A DNA stretch of 64,000 nt from an uncultured Porphyromonadaceae bacterium. GTDB lineage: Bacteria > Bacteroidota > Bacteroidia > Bacteroidales > Muribaculaceae. The notes below the pieces were generated by a model. That model ran no database searches, was not told the DNA's origin, and saw nothing but the letters and a program-made list of their open reading frames with translations. Shown here piece after piece: positions 1 through 9,167 of this stretch; position 1 is the first letter of the stretch; each line of letters starts with the position of its first letter. The stretch is taken from assembly GCA_937921035.1 (NCBI GenBank), contig CALEUL010000025.1, positions 8,444 to 72,443 on the forward strand, given 5' to 3'. Position numbers and translations under genes: made by a program.

Positions 1-431
1 TAAGTTCTTCAATTTTTTCCTTAACATCATCGCTATAGTCATTTAGTAATGACGATGAAGATAGAATTGTCTGGCTGCCGTCATATAGGATTGATAATTT
101 ATAATAACATGGTTGATAAATGTTGTCTACTATTACCGGAGACTTTGTTATCTCATTAGCCATAACATCAAAGGCCCACCTTAAAATAGGATACTTCCGG
201 CATGTAGTAGAAACACAATTTTCTTTACCATCAAGGATTAAGACATCACATATGGTGTCTCCTTCGGCAATATATATATATTAAGTTGGAAAGCCCAAAT
301 TCATAACATATATATTTACGACAGGAATCCAATCGTAGTTCTCTGCAAATTTTACCTTTATCATATTCTGAAGAATAAATCTTATTGGTAAAACACAGGC
401 AAAACAGTGCTATTATGATAAAATATTTCAT
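1..431 (-). pseudogene. Secreted hypothetical protein frameshifted at a (TA)n tract; runs off the window
   Basis: MKYFIIIALFCLCF signal-like start at 431, stop at 246. The shifted frame after the TA tract at ~270-281 (IAEGDTICDVLILDG...) is open to position 1. Confidence 0.65.
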
Positions 432-440
432 TATCTATTA

Positions 441-636
441 TCTAATGCCGGGGATTGCCAGCACAAAATGCCCATTAGGCAAGATAGACGGCTCGTTTTA
501 TAGACAGAGCTCTGCCGGCAAGCATATCCGACATTTCATTAAAAGCAGACACATAATAGTCCTCAGCCATCATTGATTGCGCTTGTACCGACAGCTGTAG
601 AGGAGGTAACAGAAGATATAGCCATAACTTCTTCAT
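441..636 (-). pseudogene. Degraded secreted-protein gene remnant
   Basis: ATG at 636 gives MKKLWLYLLLPP; a shifted frame reads VQAQSMMAEDYYVSAFNEMSDMLAGRALSIKRAVYLA*WAF, then is truncated. Confidence 0.55.
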
Positions 637-642
637 AGATCG

Positions 643-650
643 CAAATCTA
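643..650 (-). promoter_or_regulatory. Bacteroidota -7 promoter element TAGATTTG
   Basis: Matches TAnnTTTG just upstream of the ATG at 636. Confidence 0.55.
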
Positions 651-856
651 ATTAAAATCAATTGAATGGCTGCATTTTTAGGATATGTTTTACAACATAA
701 ATTTCAAGACTGACAACCGTATCAATTTTTTTCAACCAGACTGAGAATAACAGAATCAAAGTTTTTCCAACATGTGCAGGGATATCTTTGGCATAGCTGC
801 CGCCTAAAGCGTTGATACTCAGCAGACTCGGTAGGCCATTACTGACGTGCCAAAGG

Positions 857-2112
857 CTACAGTACATGACAATTTTTATGTCACTGTTTTCCATAGGTTG
901 GATTCACATATTTTGGTTATACCCAAGATGTCTGCAACGACAAAATCGAGCCCCCAGCTGAACAGACTGAAACGTCTGCGTCCATTTCGTTTCATTACCG
1001 GAATAGCCGTATCCGCAGATTTGGCAAGCCCATCTATGAAAACGCATGCATATGCGATGAGCGCGATAACGAGCATGTTCTGAAATCTGCCACTGAGGGG
1101 CAGATGGGTATCCTCCATATTAAATCCGGCCGATTTCATGGCACGGAATGTGGTCTCAATCTGCCATCTGAGTCTGTAAATCTTGTCTGTGAACGAGGAG
1201 CCCACAGGCGTAGCCAGAATCAGCAGACTCTCGTCATCGCGTACGTTGCGCCTGACCGCATAGATACGCGCCTTGACATTTCCACGGATTATGTACCTGT
1301 CCGAAAGCACCACGCTGTCTCCGACTGCGAGTGATGCCAGAACGGTTTTTATCTTGCAGCTTTTGCCTGTGGATGTATTCCTGACATAATGGTTCTCCCT
1401 GATTCTCAGGCAAAAAGGGATATGCCTTATGCCAAGCCACTTGATGAAGTTCGTATAGCCAAACTCCCTGTCTGCCACGAGACACTCTATCCGTTCCTCC
1501 GGAATGATGTCGAGGACATGCTCCATGAAAGATATCTGCTCGGCGAAATTGGTTGACCCTCGCTTGTTATAAGTGGTGAAATATATCGGTATGGATATGC
1601 CGTCGAAGCAGATTCCTACAGCAAGGATGTTGTAAACACGGCTTCCAAGCTCCCATGTGGTACGGTCCATAGTAAGGATGTACTTCTTTTGACTTGGCAA
1701 TGCACTGACAATGGCTCTCCCCACCAAGGTGACGGAGAAGATTCTCAGTGCCAGAAGGCGTTCTATTCTCCTCACTCCGGATAAAGTCTTTACATCTGTG
1801 AAGGAATAGCGGGCTAGCCTGACGAGATTCACCGACAGTGTCATCAGCATCGCGACAACCAGAGACTTCAGACATTTTTTGTGAGAAAGTTGTAATCCGT
1901 TGACCCAAACGGACTCGAGAATTGTTTGTAATATATCCATGTGGCATTCGGTTTTATAAGCGATTTGACCAATACTTAAACAAACCGGATTGCCACATTT
2001 CTTATGCCTTTATTAATCATGCGTTTATATACGCACGTTTTTAACACTAATTACACCGTAAGGGACATTTTATATTGATTATAAGTCAATTATAAATTGT
2101 CATGTACTGTAG
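857..2112 (-). mobile_element. IS4-family insertion sequence, about 1.26 kb
   Basis: Perfect 19-bp terminal IRs CTACAGTACATGACAATTT (857-875, 2094-2112). Target duplication CCAAAGG (850-856, 2113-2119), or 9-bp GCCAAAGGC if the ends are 1 bp further in. Confidence 0.93.
876..1940 (-). CDS. IS4-family DDE transposase
   Basis: TMDRT, ADREFG and the YREK motif YRLRWQIETTFRAMK. Confidence 0.93.
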   Translation of the reverse strand: MDILQTILESVWVNGLQLSHKKCLKSLVVAMLMTLSVNLVRLARYSFTDVKTLSGVRRIERLLALRIFSVTLVGRAIVSALPSQKKYILTMDRTTWELGSRVYNILAVGICFDGISIPIYFTTYNKRGSTNFAEQISFMEHVLDIIPEERIECLVADREFGYTNFIKWLGIRHIPFCLRIRENHYVRNTSTGKSCKIKTVLASLAVGDSVVLSDRYIIRGNVKARIYAVRRNVRDDESLLILATPVGSSFTDKIYRLRWQIETTFRAMKSAGFNMEDTHLPLSGRFQNMLVIALIAYACVFIDGLAKSADTAIPVMKRNGRRRFSLFSWGLDFVVADILGITKICESNLWKTVT

Positions 2113-2390
2113 CCAAAGGCACGTCCCTGCATCGGGGTTCTGCAACGTCGTCACGACCGGTGCCTCAAGCGCCCCCTTCAGGAGCCGGGGAGGCAGCAAC
2201 GGTGGCATGACATCTGCCGTGAAAATTGTACCGGGCCAAAGACTACTTGCTCTCGCAAATATCCACGAAGATCAGAGATTACCAATTATGATTTCCAATT
2301 CTATATGATTTTGTATAACCGTCAATGTTAAATCGTCGTGTACGGCACTAAAGATTATTTTTGTTCCTTTTATCGGCAACTTCGGTCCAT

Positions 2391-2447
2391 AGAAAAGCCA
2401 GTCAAGAGCTGCGCTTACTGAGCATAACTCCTGACCGGCATTTTTCT
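2391..2447 (-). terminator. Intrinsic terminator of the cupin gene
   Basis: Long G-U-containing stem with a U-rich tail on the minus strand, directly after the stop. Confidence 0.6.
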
Positions 2448-2896
2448 TACCAATTAACAGGTTCATTGAGAATGTTTCCGTCAGCTGCGTCCTCGGCGGT
2501 GAATGTGTTGCCGCGATACTGTACGCAGAGCATCACAAGGGGTTCGGTGCCGTTGTTGCGCATGCTGCGGCGTCCGTCGGGAGCCACGCGGACAACGGAG
2601 CCTTCCTCGATGGGAAATACATAGCCGTCGACCTGAAACTCGCCTTTGCCTGCGAGGAAGAAGTAGAGTTCCTCATGATTCTTGTGGGTGTGAAGGAAAC
2701 CGGTTTCCTGACCGGGAGCAAACACCTGGAAGGAGAACTCGCCTCCTGTTGCGCCGACAGCCAGACCTCCGAACACCTTACCTGGTATCCTGATTTCCGG
2801 ACCGAGCTGGAGAACGTAATCCTTGATGTCGGCGAGGTTGCCGAAGTTTGCCGCGCTGAAGTTCGCGCCTTTTTCGATTGTCTGAATCTGTTTCAT
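2447..2896 (-). CDS. Cupin domain protein
   Basis: HTHKNHEELY metal motif and EGSVVRV. Start MKQIQ lies after the TAACTTTG promoter at 2924-2931. Confidence 0.88.
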   Translation of the reverse strand: MKQIQTIEKGANFSAANFGNLADIKDYVLQLGPEIRIPGKVFGGLAVGATGGEFSFQVFAPGQETGFLHTHKNHEELYFFLAGKGEFQVDGYVFPIEEGSVVRVAPDGRRSMRNNGTEPLVMLCVQYRGNTFTAEDAADGNILNEPVNW

Positions 2897-3126
2897 ATCA
2901 TTTGTCTTTTTGTTTACGCACTGCAAAGTTACAACGATAGCACCTGCTTGTCAAGAAGTTACATTTTTGTCCCATAGTAACCTTTTTATCGGTTTTGCTG
3001 ACTATCAGAAAGAAAAAAATTTCATTGGCAACTGTTTTTTTCAGCCAAACAGATGAACGGTTGATTTTTAGGCCGTATATCAATATAAATTACTACCTTT
3101 GTAATTAAAAGTAAGTATCCAGATAT

Positions 3127-3504
3127 ATGAAAAGGAAAGAGGAAACAGGTTCCATCATTGAGATGTGCCCTGTAAGAAACGTTATAGCCCGTTTTGGCAA
3201 CAAGTGGGCGCTCCTTACCGTGCTTATCATCGGCGAACAAGGCGTTGTGAGGTTCAACGAACTCAGCCGCCTGATTCCCGATGTATCATCGAGAGTGCTT
3301 TCCTCCACACTGCGCACACTGGAGGCAGACGGCTTTATTGACCGGAAGGTGTATGCCGTTGTACCACCTAAAGTTGAATACCGGCTTACCGAGGTCGGGA
3401 AATCACTTCTACCGCTGATTAAGCAGCTCACGGATTGGGCGCAGACAAATATGAAGAAGGTAATGACCCACCGGAAGGAATTTGAGCAGACCGAAATTAA
3501 ATAA
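3127..3504 (+). CDS. HxlR/DUF24 winged-helix regulator
   Basis: CPVRNVI..KW, RFNEL, VPPKVEYRLT; N-terminal Cys; divergent from the cupin gene; promoter TACCTTTG at 3094-3101. Confidence 0.93.
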   Translation: MKRKEETGSIIEMCPVRNVIARFGNKWALLTVLIIGEQGVVRFNELSRLIPDVSSRVLSSTLRTLEADGFIDRKVYAVVPPKVEYRLTEVGKSLLPLIKQLTDWAQTNMKKVMTHRKEFEQTEIK

Positions 3505-3624
3505 ACCCGGCAATAACAATGATAAAGGCGACGAAGCGTGAGGCTCCATCGCCTTCAATTGTCAGGCGAGCATGTAATTCTGTCTGACAGATGAGAATCT
3601 TCGATTGTCCGACAGGATAACGGA

Positions 3625-4863
3625 TCAGTAGTTCAGTTTCATTGACCTGATATAGGTTGGCTGTGGGGTGCAGCTGTCGAAACGGCAATTACGAAGATAC
3701 TCTGCCATGAGGCGGCGGCTCAGTTGCTGCGACGGCCGAGCGGCGCGAACTTCGGCATAGCTGCCGCGGGGGGCCTCCGAGAATGCCACGATGCTGTCCC
3801 ACTCCGCCGGGCGCGTAACGGCATTCATGCAGGAATTGTCGACTTTCTTGTACGGCCAGAAAGTATAACCAATATTGTTGGCTTCCATTACCTCGGAAAA
3901 ATCACGTTGCCACTCATCGGTATTATGTCCGATCTCGCCCATGTACATAGGTAGCCCGGTGCTGTCGCGGAATGCGATAAAACTACCGATTGCCTCGGCA
4001 GTGGCCGGGCCGCCGTAGCGGTGGCAGGTATACATAATGTTGTCGTCGAACTTCCAGTCGGTAAAAGGTTCGAAATTCGAGTTCCACTGCGGACCGCCCA
4101 GCAGAATAATATGATTTCCGTCCACCTCGCGGATTTCGGCGACAGCGCGTTTGTACAGCGGCTCCAGCTTTGCGTTAAGTTCGTCCTTGTTATCGAAGAA
4201 ATGGGCGATAGGCTCGTTGATAAGCTCGTATCCGAGAATGACCGGTTCGTTACAGTAGCGGGCGGCGATATTTTTCCAAATGTCGCAGAACAGCTGCTGC
4301 GACGTCTCGCTCTCGAAAAGCCAGGGGTAGCCGTGGCTGTCATCGATATTGTCGCCCGTCTGTCCACCGGGAGCGTCGTGCATGTCGAGTATCAGATACA
4401 GATTGTTGTCGCGGCACCATTCCACGACGCTGTCCACACGCGCAAAGCCGTCCTGATTCGATGTAAGGCCCATATAGTCCTCGTCGGTGAACAGCTTGTA
4501 GTTGAACGGCAAACGGATAGTGTTCGCGCCCGTAGAGGCGATGAATTCCACGTCCTTGCGTGTAATATAATTGTCCTTGAATTCCTTCCAGAACTCTGCG
4601 GTTGCATCCGGACCGACAAGCTCGCAGAACATGCGGTCGATGTAATGGGGAGAATTGGTCTTTTCGAAACCGAACATATATCCCTCGGGGTTAAGCCAGT
4701 TGCCTAAGTTTGTACCGCGGATAAACAGTTTGCTGCCGTCGGGAGCGACAAGATCTGTACCGCTGACGCGCACAAAAGCGCCAGGAGGGAGTGCCTCGTC
4801 CTTTTGGGTTGTGGCACAGGAGGCTACGACAAAAGCCATAGCAAGATATGCTAATTTTTTCAT
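3625..4863 (-). CDS. GH5 glycoside hydrolase lipoprotein
   Basis: GTNLGNWL, LDMHDAPGGQ, acid/base INEP, nucleophile YMGEIG; VVASC lipobox. Confidence 0.9.
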   Translation of the reverse strand: MKKLAYLAMAFVVASCATTQKDEALPPGAFVRVSGTDLVAPDGSKLFIRGTNLGNWLNPEGYMFGFEKTNSPHYIDRMFCELVGPDATAEFWKEFKDNYITRKDVEFIASTGANTIRLPFNYKLFTDEDYMGLTSNQDGFARVDSVVEWCRDNNLYLILDMHDAPGGQTGDNIDDSHGYPWLFESETSQQLFCDIWKNIAARYCNEPVILGYELINEPIAHFFDNKDELNAKLEPLYKRAVAEIREVDGNHIILLGGPQWNSNFEPFTDWKFDDNIMYTCHRYGGPATAEAIGSFIAFRDSTGLPMYMGEIGHNTDEWQRDFSEVMEANNIGYTFWPYKKVDNSCMNAVTRPAEWDSIVAFSEAPRGSYAEVRAARPSQQLSRRLMAEYLRNCRFDSCTPQPTYIRSMKLNY

Positions 4864-4980
4864 AGTTCTAAAAATTGTAAGATGACTGCAAACCTTTCCG
4901 GAATACTGTAGAACCCGGAACAATCTTTTTTACCTTAGCATAAAATAGCCTGATACCTTACCGGCTATTGCAGAAGAACA

Positions 4981-6102
4981 TTATTTCTTTTGAAAAACAC
5001 GTACGTAGTCCACTTCCATAGTAGCCGGAAGAACGGATTCGTCCACGCCCTGAGCCCCGCCCCAGGAGCCGCCCCAGGCAAGATTGAGAATGACGTAGAA
5101 CGGCTTGTCGAAAGGCCAGGTGCTGATGTTTCCCTTGCCGTCGTTGGGGAATGAAAGGAGGCTCACGTCGTCGACGTAAGTATAAATGCCTTTCTCCGTC
5201 CATTCCAGACGATAGATGTGGAAATCGTCCTGCGCGCCCTGCGTGAGACGTTCGGCGGTTTTCTGGGTACCTTTGGTGTGGTTGTAGCTCTCGCAGTGGA
5301 TGCTCGAAGAAGTATAGTCAGGATTGTAGCCAACTTCTTCCATGATATCTATTTCGCCGCACTTGGGCCACGGTGTTGAGCCCCAGTCGTTGTTGGCAGG
5401 CATCATCCAGAAGGCAGGCCACGTGCCTTTGCCCTTCGGGAGCTTTATGCGTGCTTCAAAAATGCCGTATTTCCAACCCTTGTTCACGTTTGCGTATATT
5501 CGGCCTGAATAGATTTTTCCGTTCTGCTTGAAACAGTGTATTGAAAGGATACCGTCGGCCACTTCGGTTACCGGCTGTCCGTTTATCGCGCCGGCGACAT
5601 AGTTCTGAAGCTCGTTGTTAACCCATCCGGCATTCTGGACCTCGTATGTCCAGTCGGCAGTATTGAGCGAATTTCCGTCGAACTCGTCGTTCCAGACAAG
5701 CTCGAAGCCTTCGGGAACATTGATAGTAGGATCTACCGGAGCGACAGGCTTACCGGCCTGCTCTACCGTAACATGGCCACGGGCAGAGCCTGAAATAAGC
5801 GTAACCGTAGCCGAACGCGCCGAACGGTCTCTGTTTGCGTCCAGGGTAACGTCAACAGTGCCGTTTGCGGTAAGTGTGCCGGATTTGGCAAGCTTTACCC
5901 ATTGTTCGGAACAGACGGCATCCCATTCGCCTGTAGCGGTAACGGTAAACTGCTGCGTACCGCCGTCGGCATCGAAAGAAAGTTTTTCGGCGGAAACGGA
6001 AACCTTAGCGGGAGTTTCCTCTTTCTTGTCGCTGTCTGAACATGCCACGAGCGTAAATGCTGTCGCACTGGCTAAAAAAAACGTTGATATGGTCTTGAAC
6101 AT
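4981..6102 (-). CDS. GH16 laminarinase-type lipoprotein with N-terminal BACON domain
   Basis: WNDEF, GTWPAFWM, catalytic EIDIME; LVAC lipobox followed by acidic residues. Confidence 0.93.
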   Translation of the reverse strand: MFKTISTFFLASATAFTLVACSDSDKKEETPAKVSVSAEKLSFDADGGTQQFTVTATGEWDAVCSEQWVKLAKSGTLTANGTVDVTLDANRDRSARSATVTLISGSARGHVTVEQAGKPVAPVDPTINVPEGFELVWNDEFDGNSLNTADWTYEVQNAGWVNNELQNYVAGAINGQPVTEVADGILSIHCFKQNGKIYSGRIYANVNKGWKYGIFEARIKLPKGKGTWPAFWMMPANNDWGSTPWPKCGEIDIMEEVGYNPDYTSSSIHCESYNHTKGTQKTAERLTQGAQDDFHIYRLEWTEKGIYTYVDDVSLLSFPNDGKGNISTWPFDKPFYVILNLAWGGSWGGAQGVDESVLPATMEVDYVRVFQKK

Positions 6103-6138
6103 CGTTCTGCAAATCGTTATAATAATGTTTCAGGAGCT

Positions 6139-6187
6139 AAAAAAACGCGCGGCCGGCATTAATGCGATAATACGAACCGGCCGCGCG
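6139..6187 (-). terminator. Intra-PUL terminator/attenuator between SGBP and GH16
   Basis: 11-bp stem CGCGCGGCCGG/CCGGCCGCGCG followed by U7 on the minus strand. Confidence 0.75.
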
Positions 6188-6199
6188 CCTCAGAGGACA

Positions 6200-7603
6200 T
6201 CAATCGTGATGAACCTGAAGTATTATATTGCTGACATCTACGGTGGTGTTTGCTTCGTTGCCGCCGAAGTCAAGCACGAGCATGAGAGCGTGCATGGGTT
6301 CCGGAGCCTTTACGCCGGACACCCAGAATGTCTTGGGCGAATCGGCATCCAACGCTACGCGCTCGTCAAAGAAGAAGTTGTTGTCGCGCTTGTTGCTTTC
6401 GTCATAGTCAGGCTCCACGAGCTTGACAGTAACACCGGGGTGAGCGTTATTGCTCTTGAGGACTATCTTGAAATCGTAAGCGGTCTCGCTGTCGATTGGA
6501 GGAAGGTCGGTGAGCAGTTTCACCTGAGCCTGCCACTGTTCAAACGTAGCAGAAGGGAACTCGACTGTGAAATCCTGACCGTTGAAAGTGAGGACTGGGT
6601 CGGCAATCGGCGCCCATCCGGGAGCGTAATAGTACGACGGTGTGATAGCAGCACCGCTCCAGAGGTTCTCGGGGCTGTTGACGCCGGCCCAGTTGGGTTC
6701 CGGAGTGGTTGGAAGTTCGGGCAGGACGGTGCCGTCGTCGTTGGCATGGTCCTTGATTACGAAATTCTCTACAGTAATCTGAATGCCTGCGGGGTTACCG
6801 CCGAAGTCGAGGGTGAACACGATATTGTTCATGGGCACGACAGCGGGCAGATTGCTGAACCAGTATGTTACGGGCTCGCCAGCGGTGAGATTGATTTTCT
6901 GGTTGCAGAAGAACGAGTGAGCATCGTCATCATCACCGTCGGGATGGATTTTGAGCGTAACATTGCTGATATCCATAGTTGATGTGAAGATGAATGATCC
7001 GTCGTACGATTTGCCTTCTTCGAGGCAGATGTTCGAACCGATGTGCATCTGAGCCTGCCACTGGTCTGTTGTAGCTTCGGGCAGAGTTACAGTCCAGGCA
7101 TCGCCGTCGTAGCTATAAGCAGGATCGGCAATCTGGCTCCATCCCGGCGCATACCAGAAACTGTTGAGGTGAATATCTGTTCCGGGAGCCTTGACGAGGT
7201 TATACTGGCCTTCGTAGTCGAAACCGGCGAAGCCGTTCATCTTTGTCTTGTCTACGGTGAAGGACTTGGTGATTGTACCGTCGCTCACGCCGTTTGCATT
7301 TCCGATTTTCACTTCCACACTGTATTCACCCGCCTTGCGGTAGTAGCGAGAGAAAGCGAAGTCGGTGGAATACGACTTTCCGTCGATAATCCAGATTGGA
7401 TAAACACCTTTTCCGGTGAACTCGAAGTTTGCATAGTTTGTTTCCTGGTCCACCGTAATTTTAACGAAGTCGGCAAATTCGGCAGCCTGAGGCACATCGT
7501 TGATGTTCACTTCATAAACTTTATCCTCGGTGCATGAAACGATGGCTGCTGCGCCGCCGGCTGCAAGAAGAGAAAGTGCTATTGTCTTTATAAAATTTTT
7601 CAT
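6200..7603 (-). CDS. Surface glycan-binding lipoprotein (PKD-like plus two tandem CBM-like repeats)
   Basis: Directly after susD; IVSC lipobox; duplicated YAPGW..IADP..QWQAQ..LDFGGN modules. Start could be 7609. Confidence 0.8.
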   Translation of the reverse strand: MKNFIKTIALSLLAAGGAAAIVSCTEDKVYEVNINDVPQAAEFADFVKITVDQETNYANFEFTGKGVYPIWIIDGKSYSTDFAFSRYYRKAGEYSVEVKIGNANGVSDGTITKSFTVDKTKMNGFAGFDYEGQYNLVKAPGTDIHLNSFWYAPGWSQIADPAYSYDGDAWTVTLPEATTDQWQAQMHIGSNICLEEGKSYDGSFIFTSTMDISNVTLKIHPDGDDDDAHSFFCNQKINLTAGEPVTYWFSNLPAVVPMNNIVFTLDFGGNPAGIQITVENFVIKDHANDDGTVLPELPTTPEPNWAGVNSPENLWSGAAITPSYYYAPGWAPIADPVLTFNGQDFTVEFPSATFEQWQAQVKLLTDLPPIDSETAYDFKIVLKSNNAHPGVTVKLVEPDYDESNKRDNNFFFDERVALDADSPKTFWVSGVKAPEPMHALMLVLDFGGNEANTTVDVSNIILQVHHD

Positions 7604-7612
7604 AGCCATGGA

Positions 7613-9130
7613 TTAATAGGGATTTTGAGTAAGAGAGCCCTGTGAGCGGTCGATTTCCGTCTGAGGAATAGGGAGATATTTCTTGTTAGGCGTCCAGGAG
7701 TTGGTTCGGTAGCCGTATTCGTCGGGAACGAGCACTGTAGCGGCCTTGTCGGTACGGATAAGGTCCCAGTAACGCTTGCCTTCGCCAACGAATTCGAGAT
7801 GACGTTCCTCGATGATGTTGTCGATGGTCGGTTCGAGTTCGGTACGCAGACCAGCACGACGGCGGACGTCGTTAAGGTATGTCTTTGCCTCGGAGTTGCT
7901 GCCCCCGGTGAGAACGAGAAGTTCTGCGGCGTTGAGCAGAGCCTCGGAGTAGCGGTATATACGCCAGTTATTGTTGTAGTTGAGCTCTGATGAAGCCTTC
8001 TGGTCCTTGTTGCCGTCGGCCTGTGCGGCATACTTCTCGAGGAAGAATCCGAAGTCCTGATAGCGCATGTTGTATGTGCCCTGCTGATCGCGCACATCCC
8101 AGCATGTTGCGTCGCGGCGTGTATCGTCGGCGCTGTAGCGGTTGTAAGTCTCCAGACGCACGGGGCAGAATCCCCAGCCGCCGTTATGTCCGTCCTGTCC
8201 GGAGGGCCAGTTGTTGGGGCTGATAAGAGTTGGAAGCACGGTACCGCCAGCGGTGAGAGGATTACCCCAGTCGCGTGTGGCGTTATCGTCGATGTAGTTT
8301 ATTTCCCAGATGGATTCCTTGCACCATTCGCCTTCTTCCTTGAAGATGCGTGTATAGTCGGGCTCGAGGTCGTAGTCGGTGGAGTTGATGATTTCCTTCA
8401 TGTAGCCGAGGGCCTTTGAGTAGCGTGGCTGATCTTTCTGGTACATAACAATTTCGGTAAAGAGCATGTATGCCATCGCAGTAGTTACGCGTCCGGCCTC
8501 GGCATCGCTTGCGCGGAAAGCAAGCGCGTTAAGGCTGAGAGCGGTCTCGATATCGCCCACCATGCATGCGTACAGATTGTCGGCAGACATCTGCTCCTGT
8601 ATGTATGGTTCGGTAAGATTCACCTCATAATAAGGAACGTTGCCGTAGAATTTCCAGAGCCAGTTGGCGTAGAAAGCGCGGAGCACGAGAACCTGTGCTT
8701 TCCAGTAGTTTATGTCTTTTTCGGTAGCACCGGGCACACCGGCCTCGATAGATGCCAGAACGTCGTTGCAGCGCTTGATGCCGCTGAAAGCCTCTACCCA
8801 GATACCTGAAATGACCTTAAGCGGAGTAGCGCTGTAGTTGGCCATAAGATGCCAGTTCTCGTTGTCGGTCTTGTTTGAGCCGCCCACCCATAGGTCGTCG
8901 GCCATGATGTCGCTCATCATGATGAAAGGTTCATAGCTGCCCATGCCCCAGTCGGTCCACTGGAGGGGATCGTATGCGGCGACAACCGCTTCATCCACAT
9001 GGTCCTTAGTAGAGAAATACTCGTCCGAAGATGTCTGAGTGGGCGAGGTAACATTCAGGAAGTCATCGCCGCAGGCCGAGAGACCCAACGCCATAGCGGC
9101 AAGCCCGAATATCTTATATATCGATTTCAT
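7613..9130 (-). CDS. susD: RagB/SusD family lipoprotein
   Basis: LSACGDDFL, YRYSEALLNAAE, ERHLEFVGEGKRYWDLIR, QNPY terminus. Confidence 0.96.
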   Translation of the reverse strand: MKSIYKIFGLAAMALGLSACGDDFLNVTSPTQTSSDEYFSTKDHVDEAVVAAYDPLQWTDWGMGSYEPFIMMSDIMADDLWVGGSNKTDNENWHLMANYSATPLKVISGIWVEAFSGIKRCNDVLASIEAGVPGATEKDINYWKAQVLVLRAFYANWLWKFYGNVPYYEVNLTEPYIQEQMSADNLYACMVGDIETALSLNALAFRASDAEAGRVTTAMAYMLFTEIVMYQKDQPRYSKALGYMKEIINSTDYDLEPDYTRIFKEEGEWCKESIWEINYIDDNATRDWGNPLTAGGTVLPTLISPNNWPSGQDGHNGGWGFCPVRLETYNRYSADDTRRDATCWDVRDQQGTYNMRYQDFGFFLEKYAAQADGNKDQKASSELNYNNNWRIYRYSEALLNAAELLVLTGGSNSEAKTYLNDVRRRAGLRTELEPTIDNIIEERHLEFVGEGKRYWDLIRTDKAATVLVPDEYGYRTNSWTPNKKYLPIPQTEIDRSQGSLTQNPY

Positions 9131-9167
9131 GTTTATGATTCTGTTTATGATTTAAGATTTCTGAAAC

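Larger units (their letters stand above)
740..2152. repeat. Degenerate REP-doublet element interrupted by the IS
   Basis: Removing the IS restores CTGACGTGCCAAAGGCACGTCCCTGCA. Spacer TAAAGCGTTGATACTCAG and flank GTTCTGCAACGTC match the copy at 47158-47310. Confidence 0.7.

Noticed and set aside
658..894. 78-aa ORF
   Set aside because: Spans the IS end and the REP remnant, so it is likely a chance ORF.
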